In this document: positions 13,050 to 26,369 of the stretch, piece by piece | How positions within the stretch are numbered: the stretch's first letter is position 1 | Layout of the letters: the number at the start of each line of letters is the position of its first letter | Assembly (NCBI GenBank): GCA_973895155.1 | Contig: OZ316891.1 | Coordinates: 11,406,771 to 11,470,770 of the forward strand | Origin: Marsupella aquatica | Taxonomy: Eukaryota; Plantae; Marchantiophyta | Direction: 5' to 3' | Length of the DNA: 64,000 nt | The notes under the pieces: generated by a model | Database searches by the model: none | What the model was told of the DNA's origin: nothing | Seen by the model: only the letters and a program-made list of their open reading frames with translations | Made by a program: the position numbers and the translations under genes

Positions 13050-13560
13050 ACTTGAATCAAATAGACATGAAAACACATAAATATTGAATTAGAGTTGATA
13101 AAACAATTGATATTATTTCCAGTTATCTTTGCCTCATCCCTAGTTTTTGTCCACCCTCATTTGAAGTGTTGCCTTTATTAACAAACATTGTCCATTTTGT
13201 CCTTATTAAGAGTTACAATCTAGAGGCTTCACTCTAGACCACAGGCCTTAAAAGTAGCTTCCTTTTGTAAATCACTAGCCCAATTGCCCCTTCCTTGAAC
13301 ATAAATAGATATGAAGAAAAACAATCTTGCATAATGAAATTTCTATGCTATTTCATTTAATCTTTGTCCCATCTTTGTTTTCTTCGACCCTCATTTCAGT
13401 TTTGTCTTTATTTGAAGTTAATATCAGTTTTGTCCATCCTCATTTAAGATTTTGATCTTAATGAACCTCATCATCAGTTTTGTTTGTATTGGTAATTATG
13501 GTCTGGAAGCTTCACTCTAGACCCTAGGCCCTTAAGAGTAGACTTGGTTAGTGCTTTTAT
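13050..13560 (+). repeat. Dispersed AT-rich repeat family (two tandem copies here; related copy at ~43050-43390)
   Basis: Shared block GCTTCACTCTAGACC..AGGCC..A..AGTAG(A)CTT and TCTTTG(C/T)CTCATCC at 13.1-13.5 kb and 43.1-43.4 kb. Confidence 0.7.
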
Positions 13561-14831
13561 AAATTGATGAGTAGTATTGGTGGGGATGGCAAGAGGATGG
13601 GAGAGTCATCTTTCCCTCTATCTTTCCTAGGCCATGTTTTCACCAAATTTTACTTCTTTTAATTACGTGTTGTTTGAAAGGGAGGGAGTGTTTGAGCAAA
13701 AATTAAGGCCTGGATGAACTTATATGTTGCCTCCAGCTATCCTCGTGGACTGTGATAGGGGACAGATCATTTTACACTTAATCATGAGACGTCCCAAATG
13801 AATTGCAAAGGGATGATAAATTCTCTCATTAATTCTTTCCCTGCATTTCTATCACAGTAAGAATATTATGTGCACCTAAAAATCAAATTCAAAATGTGAA
13901 TGGAATGGACTAAAGGTGCATATGTAAAAATCTCCCATAGCTCTGTCGCGGCAAAGTACTTCAAGCGATCCTTGTAACAAGAGCAACACCATATGAAAGA
14001 CCTGATATCTGCTAGCTTTGCAGCTGGAAAATATGTGGAATGCTCTTTGTAACAAGAGCAGGGCTCTCTGAAAAATAAGATTCATCTGCAATATTCCCCA
14101 AAAGTAAAATCTCAAGTACCTCTTAGCAATAACATTAGTCAAAACAATCTTTATACCAAGAGCCATGGTCTCTAAAAATAAGGATTCTGCAACAATGCTC
14201 ATGCAAATTAATTAATTTTTAACTTCACAATGTAAAAGTTACTACAACCCCAGTTACAAGAGCAATGCTCTATAAAAACGACATTTTGTAATCATATTAT
14301 TGGAAAGAGTATAGTCATTTGCAAAGTATGAATGTCCTGGAATCTCAAGAAAGTGTGTAGAAAAATTGCAATTCATTTGTGAAAGAAAATTGAGTTTAGT
14401 TGAGCTTTAGATTTGCCCTAGCCCCTAGCCTCCTTTGAGTGAATTGTTTCCTTGGTTCAAGAGTCATTGTGATCCTTGCTTGCCCCCTTTCAACTCGGGG
14501 GTTTCACTTCCACAAAAATGACATATCACCTGCGACAAAGGATATGGTCATTTTATTGGTTCTAAGGGAAGACTTAAATTTTTTTGCAGAAGAACAATAG
14601 GGTCTTTTTAATTCAATTTTGAGACTTATAAGAATATTAGGGTCTTTTTAATCCAAATTTTGGAATATTCTAACTTTATAGGGGTTAAAAAATACTTTAT
14701 AAGGAGCTAAATGTACTTTATATTTTATCATTTTTAGTAACTATGTGAGGGGAAAGAGTATTAGAGCCAAGCTTTCAATCAAAAGTATCTTTAGTAGAAG
14801 TGGTGACCTAATTAGTGACAAGGAAAATATT

Positions 14832-14991
14832 TACGGATCCCCATGAGAGGGGCCTTGCAAGTTCCCTGCCATGAGGTTGCACCACATCAGCAAAACCAGC
14901 CACAAACAAGAAATATCTTAATTATGACATTAACAAAAGGACACATTCCAGTTTGTGGCAAAAAACATAATTTTTGGGGCACCATGCCGTA
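14832..14991. mobile_element. Small MITE-like dispersed element (related partial copy from ~27187)
   Basis: Ends TTACGG...CCGTAA with internal inverted GCCACAAAC/GTTTGTGGC. A second copy starting TTACGGACCCCATGA...CTTGCAA...CACATCAG...GCCACAAAC lies at ~27187-27340. Confidence 0.4.
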
Positions 14992-15122
14992 AATATCGAA
15001 CGTAAAAAAATAGAATAGAAAGGAAGAGATGTCATTAGTAAAATAAAGTTACCATTTTAATGTTTATCAATGATATATCAATGTTTTATGTCAAAATGTT
15101 TGTATTTTATAATTGTTTGAAA

Positions 15123-17201
15123 CAGCTTTTAACTACATTGCCACTAAAGATGTGGCTTATTACAATACTGCCACTGTTTTTACAATATTTATAATACTGC
15201 CTCTGTTTTCGTATTCACGTAACTACACTCAAAGCATGGTTAACCATGGGTCAGGTTCCGTCCTATGGTGGACACGTGTTAAGTCCTGGTGCATTTCGTT
15301 CCTGACTACATTCCGTCCCCTGAACCATGCCAGTTTCAAACTACACTTGACGCCGACCTTCCACCATGGGCAGTCTTCTGTGTGCGGGAAAGTAAGTTAC
15401 AGTTTGTCATTTTGCGCTTGTGCACTCAAAGGTCAGGTGGGCAGCGGAGTTCAAGCGACACTGAGGGGCGAGGGCTGGTGAAAGTCGAGCCAGAGGACAA
15501 TGGTACTTTGCTTATTTTGTGTACTGACTTCATTGCAATGTGAAGTATCTTCACTCAATTTTTCATTTGGTTACTTTGCAATATAATGTTTTTACTTGCC
15601 ATGTGCCTTGACCTTCGATCGCATAATACTCAGGCCATAATAACAAATGGCAAATTTGAGCATGGAATATAAAATGCACAATTTCACTTTAGAACACATA
15701 CTAGAGTGTCTTATAAACTACGAGACCTACTACAACAATCACCATGCTAGATGGAAAGGAATGCAAGGAATGAAAACAAATAATAAATAAATTTGCTGTA
15801 CCGGGCCAGTCCCCAAACACAGCCTGCTGCCCCGCCTGCTGCACTGGTCACAACCAAACTGGTGAGAAAGTTAAATATGAACAGTGAATTTGTACATTTC
15901 TCCCCACACGTAAGAAGACAAGGAGATAGTGTAAAGTGTAGACTGCAAAATTAGTATGTTCAATTTAGATCATTGAACTCGAGCACATCTGTACTACTTG
16001 CATTGACTTCGGATCCTGAGATTCTAGTGTAGATTGGAAAATCGGGACCATCTCCAACTGGATCTAGGAATAATTACAAAAATCTAATTACAAAAATAAG
16101 TGATCCATCACGGGCTCCATCGGTAAGAATTCGGAAAGCCAGAAATTCCTTTGTCTTCCACTGGAGCGATGTCTCTATTGATCACTACAATTTGTCTCAC
16201 CTCAGTTTGGCTGTGAGCTTTGAGAATGGTGAACTTTTAATAGATTCACCTGTAATCCCAATTTCACTGGTCCACGAGGTATCTCTCAGATTACATAGCG
16301 ATCAGCAACATCAGCTTATTCCTTCCAGAGCACGTTCCAAAGTGCCTTTGTTGAAAATAGCTCCAAATGAGCAGTCGTCCTTCCAGAATGAACGTATCTC
16401 TATCCACAGTGCGATCAGCATGAGCATCAGCTACTTCCTTCTAGAGTGCCTCTAATGCTGATTAATATCTCCGGATCAGCAACCGTCCTTCCAGAATGAA
16501 CGTGGATTCATGAAATGGGCCGGAAACTCTCACGAAACTTAGGGATTTTAGCCAATTTTGAGGGCCTTACGACCGAAACCAAATGGAGCTGAAAAGTTCC
16601 CCCCAACAATAGCGAACCCGAGAGACAAGATACTCATGGATGATTGTGCATACCATCAGCACCGAATGTAGCTCACTTTGTCAAAAAAATGAAGCAAAGT
16701 CATAGTCGTTCGTTAGGGCGCATTTGCGGGCTGACGACAAGAAGTAACAATCATGATATTAAAAAGAGCTTATGAACTCGAGAGTCTACTCCTGTTTGTA
16801 GCGACTATAGGTTCCATCACATTCTTGCCCCAACATCAACATTCTATCTCAGGCTATGCTTATTCCAAGCGAGATTCCAAAACTACTAGGGCGTTTCTAT
16901 TTCAAACTTGTGTTCAAATGTCTCTCCATAGTGTCGACTATGGATGAACAGTCAAGGTTCACTTTGTCACTGCCAAATGCCTTGCGCAGTCCAGGAGGGA
17001 GAGTCGAGCAAAAGAGTGGACGGAAGCTTAATAGACTTGACGGACTATTCAGCCTACGAGGATGAGACACGTCAAACTTGGGTTAACTCATCTTAACCCA
17101 AGTAAACACATACGAAAACAGTGGCAGTATTATAAATATCGTAAAAACAGTGGCAGTATTATAATAAGCCACATCTTTAGTGGCAATGTAGTTAAAAGCT
17201 G
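15123..17201. mobile_element. Non-autonomous Mutator-like element (MULE) with ~92-bp TIRs and 10-bp TSD
   Basis: Left TIR 15123-15214 (CAGCTTTTAACTACATTGCCACTAAAGATGTGGCTTATT...) is the reverse complement of 17110-17201 with about 3 mismatches. Identical TTGTTTGAAA flanks at 15113-15122 and 17202-17211. No transposase ORF. Confidence 0.88.
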
Positions 17202-17239
17202 TTGTTTGAAAATTTTAAAAAATAATACACACAATGTAC

Positions 17240-17760
17240 ATAGTTAGAACCACTTTGGCTCCACATTGTAAAAATAGTCAATCTCCTTAGTACTTGATAA
17301 AATCTATCAATGTTCGATTCATCAAAAAGCTCAACATCAAAATTTAGAAACTCATGACCTCTTTAGTGCTGTCTTGATAAAATCTCTCAATGTCACACTC
17401 ATTGGAAACTAAGCTAGAACAAAATTAGAAACTCATCATCTCCTTAATACTTGACAAAATCTATCAATGTTAAGTTCATTGGAAAGCTAAAGAAATTGGG
17501 ATACTCATGACCTCTCTAATTCTTGACGAATACTTCCAATGTTACACATTAGAAAGCTAGAGAAATTGAAAACCTCATGATCTGTTTAGTACCGTGACAA
17601 AATTTGACATGAAATTTGCCAATGTCGGACTCAATGTTGAAAAGCTAAAAGAATTCATGAACTCATCATCAAATTTCTTATTGTCATACTCATTGGAAAG
17701 ACAAAGATATTCAAGAACTTGACAAAAATTGTCAATCCGAGGCTCATTGGAATCCCTTTC
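17240..17760 (+). repeat. Degenerate ~60-70 bp tandem array (ACTTGACAAAATCT...AATGTT...GAAAGCT...AACTCATGA)
   Basis: About 7 degenerate units. The same family occurs in the opposite orientation at ~26370-27180. Confidence 0.75.
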
Positions 17761-19408
17761 TCTATTAAGAGACATCATAAACCCGTCACCGTCACAAACT
17801 TAGCCATTGCAAATTGAATTCTTTGATTACGTCGCCATCGCTTGTCCGCAACGCTTGCTTCCCAACTTGAATTGTTTGCGTCCCTCCAGGCTTTAACGAA
17901 GCTCACTTTGAACACAGGCTGACGTCAAAGAAACAATTGTTGGTCTCCCCCTCACACAATAGCTTTCTTAAATTAAAAAAACTACAAAACCTGTATGTGA
18001 AGTGATGGCTCATCCGTTTTGTGCGTTCTTCACACCGAAATGACAAGCACCCTTTTGCCAACTGCTCAGTGATGTTCTCCAGTCTGTCTTGTGGCGGTAA
18101 TGCTTAACGTAACTCACAAACAATCAATGAACATTCCTTGGATGAACATGGGGGTACACGGATTAATTGGACATAAATGATGAATTGTTTATTGAGAGTG
18201 TACTTTTTGGACAAAAAAATATATAGCAATAGCCAAGCATATCTTTATGTTTTGATCCAGTCCATGCAGGTTTGGTTATCCATCAGGGCTTCATGGACAA
18301 TGCTTCATGGACAACGTGCAAGTCTATCCGGGCTTCAACCGGGGCTGTAACTTTGTTTGAGCAAGGGCTTCATGGACAAGTCCATCCGGGCTTTAACTTT
18401 GTTTGAGCAAGTCGTAGAACCACTGTAGTAGCTTGCACAAGGAATTTAATTGCAGTTGGACTTGAGGACTCCGTTAAAGCACTTTCTTATTGCATGAACA
18501 TCATATAGTGAAAAGTAAGGGAATACTATGAAATTATCTGCAAAAGTTCCCAAAATTGTTCGAATATCCTTACAATAAAAATTTACAAAAACACCCTACC
18601 AATGTCTTTGTTAGGTCAAGGTGCCATTTGTTTCTGGTTGAGTAACTATGTTGACTGGCAACCAGATCATTGCCTATATTCTAGTGTTATTGGGCTTGAG
18701 GGACATGCTATGTAAAGTGGGCTTTGCTAAAGACCAGAAATACACAGAGAATGATGTTGGCCACAGGACAAGGAGATACAACAACTGGAGTAAAGTCGAC
18801 CATGCACAAACGCATCGGGCCAGGATGAAGAGCCGGCCATGGAGTCTATACACTACGTCCTAAGTGCAATGACAAACGAACCTATGAGGCATGGATCCTT
18901 CATCTAATGCCAAGGTTCTCAACTTTGCCCGAAGATTTTCAAAAAGAAGCTTTGCTGGGAAGAATGGCAGGAATTAACGTGTCTTGAGATCTTAGACTGG
19001 AATTCTGTCAGACCGTATCTCCACATTGTTTTATTTGGAAAGCTGTCGTGGATAGAGCAGGACAAATTCTCTACCACCATGCCTTGAGAGTGCCTAAGAT
19101 ATCACAGCTCGAAACCGTAATGGTCCGTAATTTCATATCAAGTTGTTGACCACAACAACCTGTTCTTGGTGTCCTCTCTTATCATGATAAGGTTCTGTGA
19201 AGAATACGGGCGTTGCAAAACACTACCGATCGCCATACAACACACGCCAAAGAAAACCTGGGAATATAATAGAATAGATTTCACCAAAAGAATTTATCTT
19301 ATGCTTGACTGGGTCTTTGAATCATTCAGACATTTCACAACTCCCCGCTCCAGGCCCTAACCCCCACAAGCTCTCAACAAAGACGTCCCGAAAAACTTTG
19401 ATCTGATT

Positions 19409-21589
19409 TCATGATACAAATATGGAAAGGCATGTAAGTCCACCATCAGCTTTATGAAATTCCGAAATATTAACTGACACTACTTTACTCGCAACTGTAT
19501 CATATGTAGACTCAAAAGACTTGCCATACCCACTAGGATACACTACAGTGCTTCCGACAAGCAGTGTGTTAGCAGCTCCTGCTGGTGATACTGTTATGGA
19601 CTTGAAATTTGGGGCCACACTTTGAATGGCTGAAAATATGCTTTTCGCTTCCGTTGTATCTTCGACGGCGAGTATGTTGAGGCCCACAGATGAAAGTACT
19701 GGTCAACCCAACAAACACACTCGTTAGACTCTGCTTAACAATATGCCTTACCTATCGGATGCACCATCTCTTCGAGACCAAGCTGGGTTGCTGGTAAGAT
19801 TTCCACTCAGGAACCCAAAACCAAATGCATTCGATGGAACGGCGTTTTTAAGATACTCTGGCAAATCGACCACAATGGCGTCTTAAGTCAAGTGAGAGAT
19901 CCCCGGATCAATCGAATCACCTCAAATTAATTAAGCTTAGGGTAGGGACGTCGTAAATATAAGAACATTTTCAAAATTTGACGAAAGCCTCGTCTTCAAC
20001 TACAAACTTGGACGTAGGCAGGCAGTATGACCAAGCCACATCATGAGCCTTACAAAGCTGCAAAGAGTTCATGGTATGACACAGAATACCATAGTCCAGC
20101 TTGCTTCATTTAGGACCCAAGAGAGTATGTGCCCAGCTGAAAGGAAGAATGTACCTGTTTTCAGATGTAAGCTTTCAGGGACTTTAATCGGTACTACAGG
20201 AATCCCTTCAAATGTTGCAGCTAGCGCCTTGATTCCATCATCATTTGTCCGTCTGGGAACAGAAGTTTACAGCCATTCTTGTATCAGACAAATATCTCAT
20301 TACTCTATCCAACCTGATCAAACTTACATTCCGTACGACTTGTATAAGATCCACCGAGGCGAACGAGCCAGCTCTCACGAAAGTTTGGAAGGGGGGTTAA
20401 AACAGGGACCTGCTTTTTCCAACGAACAGCATGCCTCCAGCGAAGAGAACATCTCCGCCGTCAATCAATGAAGGAGATTGGACTTCAGCAGTTTGAATGC
20501 CAAGACTTCTAAGAGCATCTCTGACAACAGCTACTTCTCCTCTCCTTGAGGGTGCACCCTGTATCCAATCAACAGTATCAGTTAGGCATAATCCAGAGCA
20601 CGGACAGAACAAATTAACCGTGAGGTCATTCGTCTATACAGAATGTACATAGCCCCTACTGAAAATGACCGACTCAGGATGCTCTCTCCAGCCATTAGAT
20701 TGACCAATACATCGGCTTTCAGACGAATGTGATACCAATTCAGTGATTGATTTGACTAACCAAGATGGAATGCAAGGACGGTATTAGATCTCATTGGCAC
20801 TATTACGGTGAAGTTGCAATTTCTGCAGTGCGCAGTTTAGAACACTACTAGTGATTCAGCAAGTAAATTCTGAGAGTTTTCCAAACCGATAACTTTGGCT
20901 GCTGGATTCCAAACTTGCAACATGCAGGACATGAAAGCCTTGCAGGACATGAAAGCCTTCCCAGAAAATGAACGTGTCCAAGGTGCCCATTCGATAGTGT
21001 AGACAAGTGTCAAAAGACAGCTTACATGCAGGAACAAAAAGTGAAGTAAAGAAGAGAAGGTCGGAACTGTAAAATTGGGGAGGTAACGGCTAACAAACAT
21101 ACAGGACAAGTGATGAGTGCTCTCGAACCAATGACCACTGCAGTGTCTTCCACAAAGGGACAATCTGGGAAAGCATTGTCCGCAGGGAGTACAATGACCT
21201 GCTGCACCAACGCTGCCACATCCTAAACCAAGGTCAGTTTGATGTCAGTGTACTTTTCTTCATGTGCTGCACACAAATTTCGTACCTGGTAGTGTAACAA
21301 AGTCAACAGGGGCATTTTGTATTATATGCAGTCTTTACAAACCTCGCGGTGTATGCTTTAGACCTACTGAAAAACATCATGACATTTTCTGTAGTAAGTT
21401 GCAGAGCGTACCATGCAGAACATTCACGTAGGCAGCATGCTGCTGTTTCGCAAGCTCAACATTAATCGGTGCTGATGGTTTCTCCATAGACAGCGCATAC
21501 GCGAAAGTTTCGGGCACTTGGCGTACAATGGCTGCTCTCGGTACTTGTAATCCAGCGGCATCCGTACTCACATCTCCAACGCACCCCAT
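19409..21589 (-). CDS. DDAH: N(G),N(G)-dimethylarginine dimethylaminohydrolase-like protein (pentein/amidinotransferase fold); exons approx. 21589-21412, 21212-21103, 20558-20410, 20252-20155, 19698-19409
   Basis: Spliced product: AIVRQVPETF..LAKQQHAAYV, LPADNAFPDCPFVEDTAVV, PGAPSRRGEV, IDGGDVLF, VGKSRRTN, LHLKT, SEFHKADGGLTCLSI. The catalytic Cys, His and acidic motifs are intact and GT-AG phases are consistent. Possible upstream non-coding exons at ~21770-21797 and from ~22320. Start codon uncertain. Confidence 0.9.
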
Positions 21590-24415
21590 TAGAGCTGTGC
21601 TCTGGTTCCAGACTGCAGAACCGTGACGATTTCCATGCAACGAATGAGACACTTAAAAGGCTAAGGAACTTCAGTCCTAGATTACTGACAACGATCCATT
21701 TCTCTCCATCTATTGTCTCACAACTTTTTGGCTTCCCATAGGTAAGTTCCCTCACTCCACAGTTTTTACCTGGGACTTCGATGTTGTTATTCGTATCCTG
21801 TGAGGAAAATACGTCAGCACCCTCAGAGTAAAGGCCACTGAGCTGTGGAAGTCCAATTTTAGACTTTAATTGACATATTTCGTTAAGGATTGCCAGCTCT
21901 TCGCCTGGTCTCCGACTGGAGCTACTCCTTGTCAGCTGAAACTCATGTTCGCGGCCGAGAATTGAGTCTTAAAAACGAAAAAAAACAAAACGATCTGTAC
22001 ATAAAAGCTATTTGATAACTTCTGCAGAGAAAATTCTTCGTGTCATAATAAGCCTCGAGTAATCTATAATAGTTTGATAGACGCCCATCTCTGTACTTGA
22101 GCTGAATCGCCCTCCTCACATGTTCATTTTAATTAGTTAGAGTGATCCAACCAAGACTTGTCTCCTGTAAATTCGGTCTAATTCACGAGAAAATCAGGTT
22201 TAGTGAAGTTTCGGAAGCTCACCAATAGGTACTACAACAATAATCTTAGCAATTGTAACAGCGCCAAATGAAGGGCCCCACAGTAGAAATCAGAACGAGA
22301 GCTAGACACAAGAGAATACCTGTAGCAAGGTCTTGGGGGTCTCAATTCTACTCCTAATTAGGGTTTGAACTGCAAAACATCCAAACTCGATGAGAGAGCC
22401 GAATGAAAAAGACTCTGGCAAAAGTGCCAAGACCACCACCAGCTCACCAACAGGCTTAAAAAGGCTACTTCAGCAGGTCAAGTAGCACGGACTAGCGATC
22501 GAATTTGATCAATTGAGCGGTCTAGAGAAGCAATGAGCAGAATTTGGCGTTGTACAGGGGCAGCCCTATTCTAACCTGTCACCCCACTACTCGTTTGATA
22601 ACTCTTAAAAGTCACTTGCTGGATAAACTTAGTGGCAAGAATGCAAATCCTTGCTCGACTTGGTGCCTGCTAACATTTGGTACAGTACCAGAAAGGTCAC
22701 AAACAAGGTTCCCAGCCAATCAATCCGAAGACAAGGGTGTTTAAAGACTCTGATCAAAGGAAAACTTGCCAACACACAAAGATAACTTGAGTGTGAATCT
22801 AGAATGCTTGTCGATCCCACAAAATGGAAAAGGAGAGCATGTCGGAGGACATGAGATCAGAAGAGCAGCACGGAGCTCAAGTTTTGAACCCTTCCACACG
22901 GGGCAAGAGGGTAGCGATTGTCGTACTTTTACGCTGCATTACAGACACAGCTGGCGCTGCAACTTTGGTCCCCCGAAGCACAGCATTTCGTGCAGATAGC
23001 ATGTCTCCCGAAGCCCGAACTCAATCCACTCCCTTCCTAGCTCTCAAAAGTCGTCAGGCAAACTTCCAACAGAGGCCAAATTCCATACACCACCAATCAA
23101 CTCCGTCCACAATAGGACATGCTCTTTGCCCGTTTTTGCCTTCCAGCTAATCTCAATGCCAAGGACGGTAGTAGCTGCGACATGCTTACATGCCGGTCAG
23201 CAGCTGACATGCCCCTTCTTCACCTATCGCCACTCCCCATCAAGCCAAGCTATTTCATTCTCCACGTACCGTACTTTGTCACCTCTACAAGTGTGGTCTA
23301 CTCCATTTCTCAATGCTTGGTCTACTACATTTCTCGATGCCTCTCAGAAAGTGAGATTTGAAACGCGCGAGTGCATTACATGCAGATTTCCCGGACTATC
23401 CTCCACACTTTACCACTTGAACCTACTCACCTCTGTGCACTCTCAAAGAACCGAAACTCGTACACTCTCCGCCACACACACACACATGGTGACATTTGCC
23501 CACTCCAGAGAACAAGAAACAAAACCTTCAAAGACAAGGGTACCCCGTGCAATGCTGAGAGTACTGCATGGAAGAAAGAAATAGCCAAGACTTCGGCGTT
23601 CCCATATACAGGACTCCGCATAAAGAGTCTAGTGTGTCTACTATGTCTAAGTGCAGGATCCCCAGAAGACACCCCAAACCAAAGAAGCACTTATCACGCT
23701 ATGCACTATGTCATAAGTGCACTTATCCATGCTATGCACTATGTCATAAGTGCAAGGCGTCATTTATTCACGTCTCCATGTGTGCATTTGAAATCACTCA
23801 GGGACTGCCGCTGCAAGTGTCTTTTCAGGTCATATACACAGGGCTCCTCATACTCGGTATCCTCCTCTGCACAATTCAACTGGATAAGTGCATGAAACTA
23901 TGACGTGTAGTTGTCCACTGCATTTATCAATAAATGCTTCTAGCATATATGTGATATTTGTAATAATTGATTAATGCAGGTGCACTCTTATAGACAAAAA
24001 TGCGCTTATGTGTTTGTTGTTTAGTGACGTTGACCTGCACTTACAGACTGCATGTTTTGGTGCCTGTTACCCATGGAATGCACTTATACACACTGGGTTT
24101 ATCCACGGAGTCCTTTACATGTGAATCTAGGTGTATATTCTTGCATGGCGTACTCTCAATGTTTCCCTGGGGTAGCATATTATTGAAGGTTTTCTCTTGT
24201 TTGCTAGGGTGGCAAATGTTACCGTGTGTGAAGGATAGCTTATTAGGAGTGCCCCATATTCTTGAGTGAGAGTAAAGGTGAGTGTATTCAAATCCATTGT
24301 GCCATTTTGAAATACTTACCTTGTCCCAAATGTTTGTTTTTTGTTAGGCAGAATTGTTACAAAAATCAAATATTCCTCCCAAATATGAGGCAAACAAAAG
24401 CATTATTTTGTATAT

Positions 24416-26269
24416 AGTAACGCCCTGTTTTCAGCCTATTGTTGGCCATTATGTTCCAAACCCAAGGGCCTTAGTTCACGGTGTGAGGAGGTACTGGTTA
24501 AAGACTTAAATAATAGACTTTAATCCCTGAACATTCGTCTCTCCTACAATTTTCTATCCCTTTTCTCCTTTCTTCTCACTTGACAAACCCAACTTTCATG
24601 CAGCTTGAGATTTTACTCTTAGTTCCTACCCCAAGACAAATCCAGGACAAATCGCCAAATGCTCGCGATTGACAATCTCTTCTATAAAGTACAGGGATTT
24701 ACTAAGAGTGGGGATTAAAGCGGTGAAAAAGCGTCATGTTGCATGGCTTCTCCTAGCATAGCAGTCTCACCATAGCTAGCCACTTTCATGGTCTTAACTC
24801 CGTGCAAGCAATTGTCTCCTTTAAATAAATTCTAAAAACTGCATGTGTCAAGCAAGACATGGTCTCTTCAACCACCTGAGTGGGGCCTGAAATTTTGGAA
24901 TTTTGGAAAACTCCTGTGAACCACATAAGTGGGGCCTAGTGATCAGCTCAAGTGGCCAGGGGGTGACTGGACCAGACAGGTTCTACTCATCCTGGGTTCT
25001 TCTCCAAACACTTTTGGGCACGGTTAGTGCAATATGTGCCACAGGTGCTGCCTTGTTGTAGCATAGGAATTGCATAAAAAGAGTATAAGTCACCAGGAGT
25101 TCTCCAACATCAAGCCAAGCGCGGGGTTTTGTCAAAGGGGGAGTGGCCACCAGATGCATGCTGGGAAACGCCTGCACTGTTCACGTTAATTTGAGAGCAT
25201 AAAGTTTTGGGCTCTACCCATGAAATCGTGTAGCACATTAATTCTGTAATAGCACTAATTATATGCACATGAAGTAGTGTGACTTGGGTAGATCTCAAGA
25301 GTTGTAGACATTAAAAAATATATATTTTGAAAATTCCACAGGAATGTGTTAATTCGACTCAAGCTATGTCACCAACCCTAATTCTTGCATTACACTAATC
25401 ATGGTGGACAGTGTAGTTTATATTTTTGTATTATTGTCATGTTATTTCTAAAACTACCACAAGCTTCACTACTACTATACAAGTTGAAAGCAGCCAAGTC
25501 AGACGATTTGAAACAGAAATCCGTTCATAAAATGGTTAATAAGCTAGAGCGGAACCCATTGTACGGGTTGGGCATTGAAGGGAATTCAACTTGAGACCAA
25601 CGGGTCACATGTCACCACTAGCAACCTAAGGTGACCACCAGGGCCCACTCACATGGGTACAGCTGACTTCTCTCGGTGCTTTTCCTTACCAAAGAAATGG
25701 TCTTTTGTCTAGCATAACAAGACTACTTTGCTAGTGTGCTACAGGGCTATGAAGTAGTAAGAGGGAGGGTGGAGTTCTGCATGTATACATTTGTAACAAC
25801 TCACTCTAGCAATAGTCCTTACATATGGGCACCTTAAACAGGGCTATGAAGTCAATAAGAGGGAAGGTGGAGTTACATATTATTTTATAGCAACTTGTTC
25901 TAGCAGTAGCTGTTGCATATGGGCATGTCAAACCTGTTAGGCAATTACTCTTGGGTCTAGAGTTAGTATGTAGCTGTAGGTAATATAACCTTAGTCAGAT
26001 AGTTACTTGGTTGAGATTAGATGTTCCACTACTATATTCACCAGCAAGACTTACTTAACTAGTGAGTGGAATTTAAACTCGTTGTTACGGAGACATCTAG
26101 GAGTCAAGGAGAGCTTAGTCTGTGGAAACTTGGTATAACCAATGAGCTTAGAGGTCATTAAAGACCCTTTTTAATTGTGTTCCCTGGTGTATTCCCGTGA
26201 ACATAGCCTTTGGAGAGGTGAATCGCGTATCACTTGTGTCAACTACTTGTGCATTTGGTGGATGTTACA
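24416..26269 (+). mobile_element. Probable degraded solo LTR of an LTR retrotransposon
   Basis: Begins (A)GTAACGCCC and ends GGATGTTACA, resembling TGTAAC...GTTACA LTR termini. Near the 3' end is CCCGTGAACATAGCC...GGTGAATCGCGTA...TTGTGTC, resembling a motif common in plant LTR 3' regions. No matching TSD and no coding remnant. Confidence 0.4.
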
Positions 26270-26369
26270 CATGGGCCAACTACACTGATTTGAAATTTCT
26301 CGTTCAGTATGTTGATCTATTGATGAAATAATTTGTGCTTACACCCAATTTTGAAAGATATTTTGAACG

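Noticed and set aside
22544-24269. Cluster of overlapping 60-174 aa ORFs divergent from DDAH
   Set aside because: No recognisable domain, non-ATG starts in most cases, and an internal 33-bp tandem duplication. Likely non-coding or decayed repeat.
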